Shown: positions 8,650-18,628, counted from the first letter of the stretch. The stretch is 64,000 bases of DNA from Vulcanimicrobiota bacterium (GCA_050250895.1 JBFWNU010000001.1:3840149-3904148), one strand, 5' to 3'. A program made the numbers and translations. The notes: generated by a model from the letters alone, not told the origin.

Positions 8650-10715
8650 TCCCAGTCGCTGCGGGTGCCGGTACCACCGACCGGAGCCTTGGGAGCGACC
8701 CGCTTTTGCACGGCCACTCGCACCACCTGGCCGCCTTGGACGGCCTGTCTGAGCAAGTCGCCCAGCACCCCGGTGGGGCGGGTGGCCAGGTACTTGAATT
8801 CGGCCAGCAGGATGAGCTTGGCTCGGGCCCGCGAGATGCTCACGTTGAGCAATTGGGCCGAAGCCGAGTTGAGGCCTTGATCGCAGAGCAGGTGACCTGG
8901 CTCGAGTGGCGGGGCATCCACCGTGTCGACCACCACCAGTTCGCGCTCGTGGCCCTGAAAGCGGTGCACTGTCGAACAGGTCACCCTGCCTCCGTCCAGG
9001 TTTTCGGCTCGCAAGAGGCGCTCGATGACCCGGACTTGCTCGCGGTACGGAGTGATGATGGCGATGTCCTCCACGCCATCCCCCAGGGCCTTGCGAGCGA
9101 TGGCCACGGCCACTTCGGCCGACTCTTCGTTGTAGCGGCTTTTGCTATTGGGCGGTCGCTGGCAAGTGCTCTTGCCGGCCAGATCGACCACCGTCACGCC
9201 CCGCCCGGGAAAAGGCTCGCGACCGGTCTTCTCGGCTAGTTCGCCGGTCGAGTCGGCGTTCTTGAGATTGCCCTCGTAAAACAGCCGGCTGACCAGCTCA
9301 CCGATCTCGGGAGCCATACGATACTGGGTGTCGAGCATCGAGACCAAAGGACTATTGCTCGGGTCGGGCACCGTCACCTCGAAGATGCTGCGCCCCAGAA
9401 TGCGCCGGGCCGTCTGGTTGCGGCTGCTCAGGATCGAGGGCAGCTGGCGGGGGTCGCCCACCACGATGACCTGCTGGCTAGCCCGGGCAGCGGCCAGAAA
9501 GACAGCCGGCAAGACGGCCATACCGGCCTCTTCGATGACCACCGTGTCAAAGGTCGCCCCTTCCAGCAGGGGATGCACCGACAGGTTAGCCAGGGTCGAA
9601 AAGACTACTCGGGCGGATTTGGCCACCGACTCGCGGCTCTCTTTGAGGGTCTGGCGGATCTCGAGCACGCGTGCTTTGGCTTCGGTCAACTCTGACTGCA
9701 GCTGGTTCGACAGCTCGTCGAGAGTGGCCAGCTGCTCTTCGGCCGGCAGGTCGACCACCTGGTCGAAGGCCTGGCCGTCAAGAATCTCGCGCAGCTCGCG
9801 CCGTTCCAGGCCGGGGTTGCCGCCGCCGAAAAGATCGAGCTGTTCGGGCTCGACCTGGCTGTGTAGCTTGACCACCGCTTTCGCCACCTTGCCCAATCGC
9901 TCTTGCAGGGCCGAACGCCGGTCGCGGCAGTCGACCAGTTCTTCGACCAGGGAGCGATAGCTGGCCTTGACCACGTTGCCCAGAGCGCAGGGCTCGTCGG
10001 GCTCGGTCTGGCCCAGGCGCAACAGCTTGCCCTGGCCGGCCAGTTCGGCCGTATCGGGTTGGCGTTTGAGGTGGGCCAGCACCTGGTCGATGGCGGTGTT
10101 GGTGTTGGAGACCACCAGAATGCGCCGGTCCTGTTCCAGGATGCGGGTGATGAGGCGGGCCAGGGTGGTGGTTTTGCCGGTGCCGGGCGGTCCCCACAGA
10201 AACGAGAGCTGATGATTGAGGCCGTGCTCGACGGCCTGTTTCTGAGCGGGGTTGAGGGTTGGCTCGTCGAGGCCAGCGGTCTGGCCGATGCGCTCGACGG
10301 GCAGCTTGCCGAAGGTGCGCAAGGCCATCTGGGGATGGTAGCCGTGGTCTTCCTCGGGCAGCCGCTTGAGGTCTTGCTGCATCTTCTCGTAGAGAAACCA
10401 GGGCACCACCTCCAGACCATAGTCGCTGGCGCTCGGATCAAAGGCCACCTCAGACTTGAGGACGACGTGGTCTTCGGCTAGTTCTTCGACCGTGACCGGG
10501 GTCCGGGCGCCGTCGCTTGCCACCAGCACCCCGCTCTGTCCGGCCGAGAGGCGATCCAGGCCGCGCTGGCAGTGGAAGGTGTAGAGGTCGTCGCTCTTTT
10601 GGCCGCGCCCCACGCGAATGAGGGTCTCTTGCAACTGCTCGCGGATCGACTCCATCTCGAGTTCAAGCCCCTGCAAGAAGGTATCTACAAAGCGTTGGAC
10701 CAGTTCGGCACTCAC
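8646..10715 (-). CDS. Superfamily 1 helicase (Upf1/DNA2-like, AAA_11/AAA_12)
   Basis: GPPGTGKT, SNTNTAID, IEEAG, VGDPRQL, QYRM, TPYREQ, TVHRFQGHE, NVSISRAR; start uncertain (GTG 10715 chosen because the longer ORF crosses a terminator). Confidence 0.9.
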   Translation of the reverse strand: MSAELVQRFVDTFLQGLELEMESIREQLQETLIRVGRGQKSDDLYTFHCQRGLDRLSAGQSGVLVASDGARTPVTVEELAEDHVVLKSEVAFDPSASDYGLEVVPWFLYEKMQQDLKRLPEEDHGYHPQMALRTFGKLPVERIGQTAGLDEPTLNPAQKQAVEHGLNHQLSFLWGPPGTGKTTTLARLITRILEQDRRILVVSNTNTAIDQVLAHLKRQPDTAELAGQGKLLRLGQTEPDEPCALGNVVKASYRSLVEELVDCRDRRSALQERLGKVAKAVVKLHSQVEPEQLDLFGGGNPGLERRELREILDGQAFDQVVDLPAEEQLATLDELSNQLQSELTEAKARVLEIRQTLKESRESVAKSARVVFSTLANLSVHPLLEGATFDTVVIEEAGMAVLPAVFLAAARASQQVIVVGDPRQLPSILSSRNQTARRILGRSIFEVTVPDPSNSPLVSMLDTQYRMAPEIGELVSRLFYEGNLKNADSTGELAEKTGREPFPGRGVTVVDLAGKSTCQRPPNSKSRYNEESAEVAVAIARKALGDGVEDIAIITPYREQVRVIERLLRAENLDGGRVTCSTVHRFQGHERELVVVDTVDAPPLEPGHLLCDQGLNSASAQLLNVSISRARAKLILLAEFKYLATRPTGVLGDLLRQAVQGGQVVRVAVQKRVAPKAPVGGTGTRSDWD

Positions 10716-10773
10716 CGAGGCTGGTTTGAGGCACGACCACGGCCTCCTGCCGAACGTTGGTGCGACCCCAAGC

Positions 10774-10799
10774 AAAAGGCCCCCGCCAGAGCGGGGGCC
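10774..10799 (-). terminator. Intrinsic terminator of the 12945-10813 operon
   Basis: ggcccccgc-caga-gcgggggcc stem followed by TTTT on the minus strand. Confidence 0.75.
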
Positions 10800-10812
10800 A
10801 GGGAAGGGTTGA

Positions 10813-12048
10813 CTACTGTGCGTAGACAGACAGCGAGAGGCGGTAGTGGGCTTTGCCGTTGCCGAAGTCGAAGGTGAAGTGTTTGGGTTTGCCCGGACGG
10901 ATGTCGCGTAGCTGGTTGTAGTTGAGCAAGACGTGGCTATGGCCGACATAGTCGTCGGGGTCCACCACACCCGGCGCGCCGAAGGGGGTGATGGCTTCTT
11001 TTAGGGTCTGGTCGGTGGCCACATCGATGGCCACTTGGCGTAGTCTCTCTCCGATCGCCTCGACCTTGGGGTTTAAAGAGGCCGGGTTCAGCAACCCTCC
11101 AAGCAGATTGAGTCCGTTGTTCTTGAAAGCGTTGACCTCGCTCTTCAGCGCACTGAGAACGGCCGAGCGCGTTTTGTCGGCGGCGGTGTTCGAGGTGGCA
11201 TCTTCTTCGAGGGCGGCCACCAGGATGGTCATCAGAGGGGCCTGGTCATACTGCTGCGGGCCGAGCGGACGGATCTGCGTCTTGACCGTCGAAGCGTAGC
11301 CGGGGACCGGGATCTTGTCGCCCTCTTTCCAGTGGGTCTTGGCGGGATACGAACTCAGATTGCCGTGGGTTCGGTTGGTGAAGGTCAGGATTCTGACCGG
11401 TGAGCTGGGCAGGTTGGCCGGGTCGATGGTGGTGCCGTCCATACACAGCACGCCGGCCAGTAGGTAGGGCTCGTCCTGAGATTCGTCGGCTTTGACGATC
11501 TCGAGGGAATTCAGGTGAATCAGCAAATTCATCACGTCAGGTCGCGGGTCAAGGGTTGGTGGCTTGGTGGGAGCTGCTTTAAACGCGATGTGCACGGTGT
11601 TGGTGTGATAGGTCTTTCCGTCGCGGGTAAAAGCCTTCATTCTGACGGTATAGGTGTGGCCCGCCGTCAGTCCGTAGTTGGCCAGGGGCAGGTTGAACTC
11701 GGCGAAGTAGCCGGGCTTGGAGGGGAAGCTGTTGACATAACCGGCGGCCTTCGGACTACCCTGGGGCTTGGCTCCCTGAAAGAGCTCCCAGGTCGCCGTT
11801 TTGAGGCCTGACCCGTTGAACCGCCACCGCAGCAGCACGGTTTCGGGACCCACCACGACGCGTTTGTCACCCCAGGTGCCGAAGTCCTTGCTGTTCAAAC
11901 TCTTGATTTCGAGCTTGGCGACCCTCAGGCCGGCCTTGGGACCACGGGCAGACGAGTTAGGCAGGGTCGGTTGCTGGTCTTGGGCCAGGGCCGGCCCGAA
12001 CAACAGGCTGACCAGGAATATCCAGAGGGTGAAGTATCGGATTGTCAT
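10813..12048 (-). CDS. Secreted protein of unknown function
   Basis: Sec signal MTIRYFTLWIFLVSLLFGPALA-Q; SD GGAG; Ig-like N-terminal domain. Confidence 0.8.
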   Translation of the reverse strand: MTIRYFTLWIFLVSLLFGPALAQDQQPTLPNSSARGPKAGLRVAKLEIKSLNSKDFGTWGDKRVVVGPETVLLRWRFNGSGLKTATWELFQGAKPQGSPKAAGYVNSFPSKPGYFAEFNLPLANYGLTAGHTYTVRMKAFTRDGKTYHTNTVHIAFKAAPTKPPTLDPRPDVMNLLIHLNSLEIVKADESQDEPYLLAGVLCMDGTTIDPANLPSSPVRILTFTNRTHGNLSSYPAKTHWKEGDKIPVPGYASTVKTQIRPLGPQQYDQAPLMTILVAALEEDATSNTAADKTRSAVLSALKSEVNAFKNNGLNLLGGLLNPASLNPKVEAIGERLRQVAIDVATDQTLKEAITPFGAPGVVDPDDYVGHSHVLLNYNQLRDIRPGKPKHFTFDFGNGKAHYRLSLSVYAQ

Positions 12049-12099
12049 TTTGAGACTCCATTTCGTTTGAATTGCGGGCGCAAGCGGAGTCAGTCTGTA

Positions 12100-12945
12100 T
12101 TAGTTCAAACCTTGGGTGACCACCACGGGATTGCTCCAACTGGTGCCGTCAGGCCCGTCGAGGCGAAGGATGATGACCGACGAGGTACTGTCGGGGACAT
12201 ACTCACCCGGGTCCAGAACGAAGGAGTTCTCGTCCACGGGGCCTTGAAAGACCTGGCCGTCGGCCACCAGTATCCACGAGATCGAGGTGGCCTTGGCACC
12301 CGTCTCCCATTGCAACTGCAGCGGCCCGGTCTGGTCGAGCACGAGCGACTCGGTCCACTCGTCACCGCCGAGAACCTTGAGCCAGGTGCTTCCCGGTGCG
12401 GCTTTGGTTTGGAATGTAGTATTTGCTTCGGGGCCGAGCGGGATGCTAACGTTCACGCCGGGAAGCGAGATGTGGATGCCGCTGGCGGGCTGGCCAGAAT
12501 CTTCTTCGTAGTATTCGTTTTCTTCATCGTCCGGCTGGTAGAAGTCGTCTTCGGCGAAGGTTGGCGGGTCAACCGGAGTCTCGACCTGAGGGACCTCGGG
12601 CTTTCCGAGAGGACCTGGAAGCCGCAGTTCGGGCGGGGTGGGCATCTCGGTGAGCACCTTCGTTGGAGGCTTCTTGGTCGAGTAGCGAAGGATTCCCGGT
12701 GATGGCTGCTGGGGCGCCTTGACGGGCTTCACTGGATAGTGGACACGGGTGCGGCCGGAAAGGTTGCGGTTGAGGAGCTTTCGGCCAGGGCCAGAGAGCC
12801 GGGTATTGCCAGGAGGCCGGGGCTTGGGGCTGACGACTTCGGCTCGATTGCTTTTCAACTGCCCCAGGCGACCCTGGGCCTGAGCAGCGGGGCCCACAAA
12901 GAGGCTGACGATCAGAAGGGCGAGGATGTAGATGCGTGTTTTCAC
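12100..12945 (-). CDS. Secreted Pro-rich protein with C-terminal Ig-like domain
   Basis: GTG start at 12945 behind GGAG; signal peptide KTRIYILALLIVSLFVGPAAQA; the upstream part of the listed ORF overlaps mqo and is spurious. Confidence 0.75.
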   Translation of the reverse strand: MKTRIYILALLIVSLFVGPAAQAQGRLGQLKSNRAEVVSPKPRPPGNTRLSGPGRKLLNRNLSGRTRVHYPVKPVKAPQQPSPGILRYSTKKPPTKVLTEMPTPPELRLPGPLGKPEVPQVETPVDPPTFAEDDFYQPDDEENEYYEEDSGQPASGIHISLPGVNVSIPLGPEANTTFQTKAAPGSTWLKVLGGDEWTESLVLDQTGPLQLQWETGAKATSISWILVADGQVFQGPVDENSFVLDPGEYVPDSTSSVIILRLDGPDGTSWSNPVVVTQGLN

Positions 12946-13076
12946 TTTGATGCACTCCGTATTCTGTGAATTCGGGTTTGCAAGCGTCGTGAACCATACG
13001 TCGCAATTTTCTCCGAGGTTCATTATTTGCGCGTAGTAATAGGATACTATTTTCCTATAGTAAAATTGTTGGGTGG

Positions 13077-14564
13077 TCAGATCAGCCGCAGCAGTTGGGT
13101 GGAGCGCTCGCGCATGGCCAGTGCCAGGGCCTCGTCGCCGGCTAACGAGCGACCATAAGAGGGGATGAGCTCGCGCAGGGTGGACTGCCAGCGCTGGCTG
13201 GCCAGCTGCTCGGGAAAGCACTGTTTCAAGGTCTGTAGCATGATCGACACCGAGGTCGAGGCCCCCGGCGAGGCTCCCAGCAAGGCCGCCAGCGAGCCAT
13301 CGGCGCTGGAAACGAGCTCGGTGCCGAACTCCAGAATACCGCCGAGGTGCTTGTCCCTCTTGATGATCTGGACGCGCTGACCGGCCAGTTCCAGACGCCA
13401 ATCCTCTAACCGGGCAGTCGGCACGAACTCGCGCAGGGTCTCGAGTCGCTCCTGGTCCGACTGAGTGACCTGGTCGAAGAGATAGCGGGTGAGGGCCAGG
13501 TTCTGCAAGCCAGCCGAAACCATCGGAGCGATATTGTCGAGGGTGATCGACCCTGGCAGGTCGAGCAATGAGCCCTGCTTGAGAAAGCGGGTGGAAAAGC
13601 CCGCGTAGGGACCGAATAGCAAGGCCTTTTCGCCTGCGATCCGTCGGGTGTCGAGGTGGGGGACCGACATGGGCGGAGCGCCCACTTTGGCCTGTCCGTA
13701 GACCTTGGCGCTGTGGCGAGCGATCACGGCTGGATCGCGACAAATCAGCCACTGCCCGCTGACGGGAAAGCCGCCGTAGCCGCTGGCTTCGGGAATTTCC
13801 GAGCGCTCCAGCAAGGGCAAAGCACCGCCGCCGGCCCCGATGAAGACGAAGGGCGCGCTGAGCCAGCGGCGGCTCCCGTCGGCCAGAGCCTTCACGCTCA
13901 GGTGCCAAAGGCCATCGCCGCCCCGGTCGAGGTCGCGTATCTCGTGGGCACAATGCAGCTCGAAACCTTCCTGGGAGGCCAGGTAGGCGAACAGGGCCCG
14001 GGTGAGGGCCCCGAAATTGACATCGGTCCCGATCTCCATGCGGGTGGCAGCCAGGGGAGTTCCGGGCTCGCGCCCATCCATGATCAGGGGGATCCAGGCT
14101 TCGAGTTGACTCCGGTCCTCGGAATAGAGCATATCCCGGAAGAGAGCGTGCTGGGTGAGGGTTCGATGGCGAGTGCGCAGATAGTCCACGCCCTGGTCAC
14201 CCCAAACGAAGCTCATGTGGGGCACCCGGCAGATGAACGAACCCGGGTCAGGCAGAATCTCGCGTTCGACCAGAGAGGCCCAGAGCAGTTTGGAGGTCTC
14301 GAATTGCTCGGCGATTTTCAGGGCCTTGGCGATGTCCACGCTACCGTCAGCCTGCTGCGGCGTGTAGTTCAGTTCGCAAAAGGCGGAGTGTCCCGTGCCG
14401 GCGTTGTTCCAGGCATCGGAACTCTCGGCCGCCACCTCGGGAAGGCGCTCGAAAACCTGGATGGTCCAGTCGGGTTCCAGAACTCTGAGGAAAAGTCCGA
14501 GCGTGGCGCTCATGATACCGCCGCCGATCAGAACCACCGAGGCATGGGTTTCCTGGGCACGCAT
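13077..14564 (-). CDS. mqo: Malate:quinone oxidoreductase
   Basis: LIGGGIMSATL, WNNAGTGHSAFCELNY, GAPPMSVPHLDTR, LLGASPGASTSV. Confidence 0.97.
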   Translation of the reverse strand: MRAQETHASVVLIGGGIMSATLGLFLRVLEPDWTIQVFERLPEVAAESSDAWNNAGTGHSAFCELNYTPQQADGSVDIAKALKIAEQFETSKLLWASLVEREILPDPGSFICRVPHMSFVWGDQGVDYLRTRHRTLTQHALFRDMLYSEDRSQLEAWIPLIMDGREPGTPLAATRMEIGTDVNFGALTRALFAYLASQEGFELHCAHEIRDLDRGGDGLWHLSVKALADGSRRWLSAPFVFIGAGGGALPLLERSEIPEASGYGGFPVSGQWLICRDPAVIARHSAKVYGQAKVGAPPMSVPHLDTRRIAGEKALLFGPYAGFSTRFLKQGSLLDLPGSITLDNIAPMVSAGLQNLALTRYLFDQVTQSDQERLETLREFVPTARLEDWRLELAGQRVQIIKRDKHLGGILEFGTELVSSADGSLAALLGASPGASTSVSIMLQTLKQCFPEQLASQRWQSTLRELIPSYGRSLAGDEALALAMRERSTQLLRLI

Positions 14565-14786
14565 GGCTAGTGTACATACCGTGGCCAGAGCATGAGCAAA
14601 CCCGCCCGCTGATGGCCGTAGAAGGCGGGCCTTCGTCGCACCTTACGACCAAGAGCTGAGCAAAAGCAGTCCCAACCGGCCCTGGTCGAGCTTTTCAGAG
14701 TGGCTTGAGCGTCTCGTTCTACACTCACAAAGGGGAGAGGAGCCAGCCGCCGACAGCTTTTGAACCGGCCAGGCTGACAGAGGAAG

Positions 14787-15998
14787 TTGAAGAGATTCGC
14801 AGTTCTGCTGATCGGTCTGTCGGCGGGAGGCCTGCTTGGACTGAGCATCCTGTCGTTGCTGGCGTTTGACTGGATTTTGCAGAAAGATCTTGCGACGCGC
14901 TTTCAACACCGCAGAGAGGCTGGCCTCGAGGTGGTCAAGGCCGAGCCTGAGCGCGTCGATCAGGCCAACGAAGGCCAAATCGTCTTCTTGACCGGCCAGT
15001 TGCAAGCCGAGACTCGCCGGGACCCGGTCCTGGGTGCCCAGGCCCAGGCTCTGGCCCTGGACCGGCGCGTAGAAGGCTATCAACGACGGCAGGTAACGCG
15101 CAAGCGCACTACCGGCCGCGGTGCCGGACAAAGCCATACCGAAAGTAGCCTCGATTGGCACTTCAGGGGCTTTGAGCCAGCTTCAAGAACTTCGCCGAGT
15201 CTCGACAGCTTGAACTCGCTTCGGATCGGCACGGGGTATGACGACCACCTGGGCCAACCCGGAGGGCCTCAAGGGGTCCGACTGGGCGCCTACGAACTGG
15301 CGCCGGCCTTGCTCGAACCACTCCTGGAGTTCGAGCCGGCGCCCCTCTCGAAAGTGCTGCTCCAACTGCCCCAGTTCTCGACTTCTGGCCCGGTCCGCCG
15401 GGTTGGCGACCGGTATTTGACGAGCATGCGTGACGAATCCCAACCCCAGCCGGGTGATGTGCGCATCTGGTTCGAGACGGCGCCGCTGGGTCAGGTCAGC
15501 CTGGTGGCCCGCCAGCGCGGGGGACGACTCGAGCCGGCGGGGACAGGCTGGATTCGGCGCGGTCTCCACCATCCCGCCGAGGTCCTGTCGGCGTGGCAAC
15601 TCTTGCGCAGCACCGAATTCTGGAGAAGCCACCTGCTCAGCCTGCTATTGCTGCCTATCCCCGTCTATCTCGTGGTGCTGCTGTTGGGATGGCTCGATGG
15701 CGAATTCTGTATGCCTGAACCGCTGCTGAAGGGGGCGCAGCGGCTGGCCTCGATGCCTCGTAATCTTCTCTTCTGTCTCTTGCTCCACGCAAGCCTTGGG
15801 GCCGTCGTCTGGGTCGAGCATGACCCGACTGTGACCGCCTTCTACGTGGCCATCGGCTGGCCTATGGTGATGGGCCTGCTTCGCCTGCCACCCCCTGAGC
15901 GAGAGGCCGCCCGGTCGGGCGGGCGCACTAGTTGCGATCCCGAACACGGCGGTCGACCAGAGCCCGGAACCGGACCTGGGAGTGGAGCGCCCGCTTGA
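14787..15998 (+). CDS. TMEM43 (DUF1625) family membrane protein
   Basis: N-terminal TM, VDQANEGQIVFLTG..DPVLG, LxRRVExYQ, GAYEL, PQPGDVRIWF, VSLVARQ, C-terminal TMs. Confidence 0.8.
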   Translation: MKRFAVLLIGLSAGGLLGLSILSLLAFDWILQKDLATRFQHRREAGLEVVKAEPERVDQANEGQIVFLTGQLQAETRRDPVLGAQAQALALDRRVEGYQRRQVTRKRTTGRGAGQSHTESSLDWHFRGFEPASRTSPSLDSLNSLRIGTGYDDHLGQPGGPQGVRLGAYELAPALLEPLLEFEPAPLSKVLLQLPQFSTSGPVRRVGDRYLTSMRDESQPQPGDVRIWFETAPLGQVSLVARQRGGRLEPAGTGWIRRGLHHPAEVLSAWQLLRSTEFWRSHLLSLLLLPIPVYLVVLLLGWLDGEFCMPEPLLKGAQRLASMPRNLLFCLLLHASLGAVVWVEHDPTVTAFYVAIGWPMVMGLLRLPPPEREAARSGGRTSCDPEHGGRPEPGTGPGSGAPA

Positions 15999-16143
15999 GA
16001 TGCGCCAGAGCCAGGTCGGCCTGGGCCAGCATGATCTCGGGAATCGTTCCACCCGCGCCGGACAGGGCGCAGAGATAGTCGTCTAGAGCGGTGCGCGGGT
16101 CCTGAGTGCGAACCAGCAGGTCTTCAAAGTTCGAGAATCGCAT
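15928..16143 (-). CDS. Small hypothetical protein
   Basis: 71-aa ORF with ATG and normal composition; 3' end overlaps the TMEM43 gene. Confidence 0.35.
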   Translation of the reverse strand: MRFSNFEDLLVRTQDPRTALDDYLCALSGAGGTIPEIMLAQADLALAHLKRALHSQVRFRALVDRRVRDRN

Positions 16144-16264
16144 GGCTCAAGCCTAGGCGGCTCGCGTGACAGAAGTTGGCAGCGGACACAATTTCTCTAC
16201 ATTTGGGCCAAGCTTTGACAAGGTTTGCTGGCACAATCACACCTAGCATATGACCTTGTAGAGT

Positions 16265-16297
16265 GTCTGGAGAGCCCGCCCGAAGGGCTCTCCAGAC
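16265..16297 (-). terminator. Hairpin downstream of the glutaminase gene
   Basis: 13-bp stem gtctggagagccc/gggctctccagac 9 nt after the stop codon; weak U-tract. Confidence 0.55.
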
Positions 16298-16305
16298 CAA
16301 TCCCC

Positions 16306-17148
16306 CTACGCTGCGATGAGCGCTTCCTGTTTGGGATGGTCTCGATCGTAGCGTTCTTTGATTTCCTCGAGCTCGCGCGAGTAGCGCTCCATGGTGCGGT
16401 GGGCCGAATCCATACTCTGGTCGAAGTCCTCATAGGCTCCATCGGTCTCGAACGGGCCGTACTGGGGGGCTCGGGTGATGTCGATCTTGATGGGCGTCTC
16501 CTCATCCCACATCTGGTGGATCCACTCCTCGGCTTTCAGGGGATGGTCGGCCATGCTCGGGTCCATGATGTAGGCCGAGACCTGGTGGGACTCGTCTTCG
16601 GCAAACACCAGGGGAGCTACGTGATACCACCACTCGGCGTGCATATACTTGTTGTCGGCCTCGAGTCGTCCCGGGTTGCCGATGTCTTCAAGCATCACGA
16701 ACATCTTGCCGCAGTTGACCTGATCTTCGCGCATGGTTTCGCACATCTTGTGGGCTCGGGCGTAACAGCCGTCGGTGATATATTCGAAGGGGATCTCGGG
16801 ATCGCCGGCCAGTTTGTGAAACTCGGCGAAGAGCTGATCGCTGGTCAGGATACGCCCTTCTAACCGCGACACGTCCTGATGATATTGAATGCGAGCGTCC
16901 TCGCCCAGGTCGCCGAGCAGGCGTTGCTCGAGGGCGCTCTGATTTAGATCGCGGTTGGAAGGCTCTTCGTTGAAGTCGTCATCGCCACCACTGACAAGCT
17001 CCCCGTGGGTGAGCAGCCACTCGCGGTGAGTGGCAAAATCAGCACTGCGACCCAGCTCGAGGGTATCGGCGAAGGCCTCTTTTGGCGTGGTCTCGATTCG
17101 GCGTGGCGTGAGCGTTGGCGTGTGACCTCGATGACCGATCGGATTCAT
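16306..17148 (-). CDS. Protein-glutamine glutaminase (deamidase) family protein
   Basis: IPFEYITDGCYARAHKM (Cys), WWYHVAP (His), IMDPS (Asp), as in Chryseobacterium protein glutaminase. Confidence 0.88.
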   Translation of the reverse strand: MNPIGHRGHTPTLTPRRIETTPKEAFADTLELGRSADFATHREWLLTHGELVSGGDDDFNEEPSNRDLNQSALEQRLLGDLGEDARIQYHQDVSRLEGRILTSDQLFAEFHKLAGDPEIPFEYITDGCYARAHKMCETMREDQVNCGKMFVMLEDIGNPGRLEADNKYMHAEWWYHVAPLVFAEDESHQVSAYIMDPSMADHPLKAEEWIHQMWDEETPIKIDITRAPQYGPFETDGAYEDFDQSMDSAHRTMERYSRELEEIKERYDRDHPKQEALIAA

Positions 17149-17164
17149 ATGTTCCCCCTCGTTG

Positions 17165-18541
17165 TCAGGCCGTCTGTGCCGGCCCTCGTTCTAAGACGTT
17201 GCTGATACAGCGGATGGCTCCCCGCCACGAGGTCAGGGCCGGCAGTTTGAGGGGGACGACCTCAAAGCCGAGCGATTCATAGACCTGACTGGCGCGGCGG
17301 TCCAAAGCCGGCAAATCGTAAGTGGGCAAGAAGACGCGCTTTACCTGGTTGCCGCCGTCGTCGATGTAGTTCTCCATCAGGCAGTTGTTATAGGTCACCC
17401 AAGAAAGTTCGGGCGGGCCCTGGAGATAGGGCAGCCGCACTACGTTGTAGCCACGCTCGCGCATCAGCTGGGCGTTGTGGTCGAACTGATGCTGCAGCAG
17501 CGGGTCACCCTCGGTGTTCTGATGGACCAGCGCGGCCAGGTGGTCCTGACCCTCGGTGCCCAGATTCTCGTTGAGGCGGCGGTTGTGGTCGGCGTATTGC
17601 TCGGGGCTGAGGCTGGCCACGGTCGAAAGGGCCCAGCTGGGATCGCCCACCAGGATGGTGTGGTCATCCACAGGGGTCAGCCCCATGTCGATGTGGAAGG
17701 TGGCCGGCACCTCCAGTTCGGGCGTTTTCGGGTCGTCGGCCCCCACCACGGTGACCGGGCGCCCGTATTTCTCCTCGAAGATGCCCTGAGCCAGACCCAA
17801 CCAGTGCTCTTCACCGGGACCCCGGGTCGATTTGTAGAGGTTGGGTTCGAAGTGATAGCCGACCTTGGTGTTGTCTTCGACCATCCTCACCGAGAACGGC
17901 GTGGTCGATTGGCCGGGGTGCTCTTCGTCGTACAGCTTCTTGGCCGTCAAATAGAGCGAGGTGAAACCTAGAAAGCTCTCGTTGCTGTTCGAGACCTCGT
18001 CGCCACCGTCGGTGACCAGGCGCTTGTCTGCGTCGAGTTCGACTCCGGCGAATTCGGCGATGCGCGGGGGCAACAGCTCGTCGTCGCCGTGGGGTCGCAT
18101 GGTGGTCTGGCCGAGCAGGCGCGAGGTGCCGTTGGCGTTGCGCAAGCCGACCATCTGATCGCGAGCCCACATGGTGATGTCGAGGCCATCGTTGACCATC
18201 AAGCCGAAACGCTCGCGGTTGGGAATGTTGCGCTCTTCCAGGCGTTGGGCCAGGGCCTGGCGGTCTTCGTCAGACTCGAGCACGATGGTGAAGCGCGTCT
18301 TGTCGTCCATGGTCTCGAACACCTGGAACCAGGCGTTGAAGACCTCGTTGCGGATGTTGGTGGGCACGTCGTGATCCAGCTGCAGAGCCAGGTGGCGAAT
18401 TTTGCCAAACGGCTCGGAGTAGACGCGGGTGGGAGCCTCGCTCAGGCTGACCTGATCGGTGGCCACGGCCGGTCCCTGGGCGGGACGGTTTGCGGGTCTA
18501 ACGGAAAGCGCCGGACGTTGGGTGACAGCCGAGATCTGCAT
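17165..18541 (-). CDS. Pentein-fold arginine/agmatine deiminase-like protein
   Basis: MWARD, DGGD, FHIDM, TYNNCL, GAIRC catalytic motifs. Confidence 0.8.
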   Translation of the reverse strand: MQISAVTQRPALSVRPANRPAQGPAVATDQVSLSEAPTRVYSEPFGKIRHLALQLDHDVPTNIRNEVFNAWFQVFETMDDKTRFTIVLESDEDRQALAQRLEERNIPNRERFGLMVNDGLDITMWARDQMVGLRNANGTSRLLGQTTMRPHGDDELLPPRIAEFAGVELDADKRLVTDGGDEVSNSNESFLGFTSLYLTAKKLYDEEHPGQSTTPFSVRMVEDNTKVGYHFEPNLYKSTRGPGEEHWLGLAQGIFEEKYGRPVTVVGADDPKTPELEVPATFHIDMGLTPVDDHTILVGDPSWALSTVASLSPEQYADHNRRLNENLGTEGQDHLAALVHQNTEGDPLLQHQFDHNAQLMRERGYNVVRLPYLQGPPELSWVTYNNCLMENYIDDGGNQVKRVFLPTYDLPALDRRASQVYESLGFEVVPLKLPALTSWRGAIRCISNVLERGPAQTA

Positions 18542-18628
18542 AGGCTGAGACTATGCCGAGGTCTGCTCGACGGGTTGAACGATTTGTTAATTTCCGTGAG
18601 CAAGCTCGGGCCGGACCCGAATCGGTAG

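Noticed and set aside
12946-13953. N-terminal 336 aa of the 617-aa ORF
   Set aside because: Overlaps mqo in another frame and crosses an AT-rich promoter; the signal peptide starts at GTG 12945
14787-15998. TMEM43 and HDAC (5858-6703) as eukaryote-derived genes
   Set aside because: Both families are already known to be widespread in bacteria
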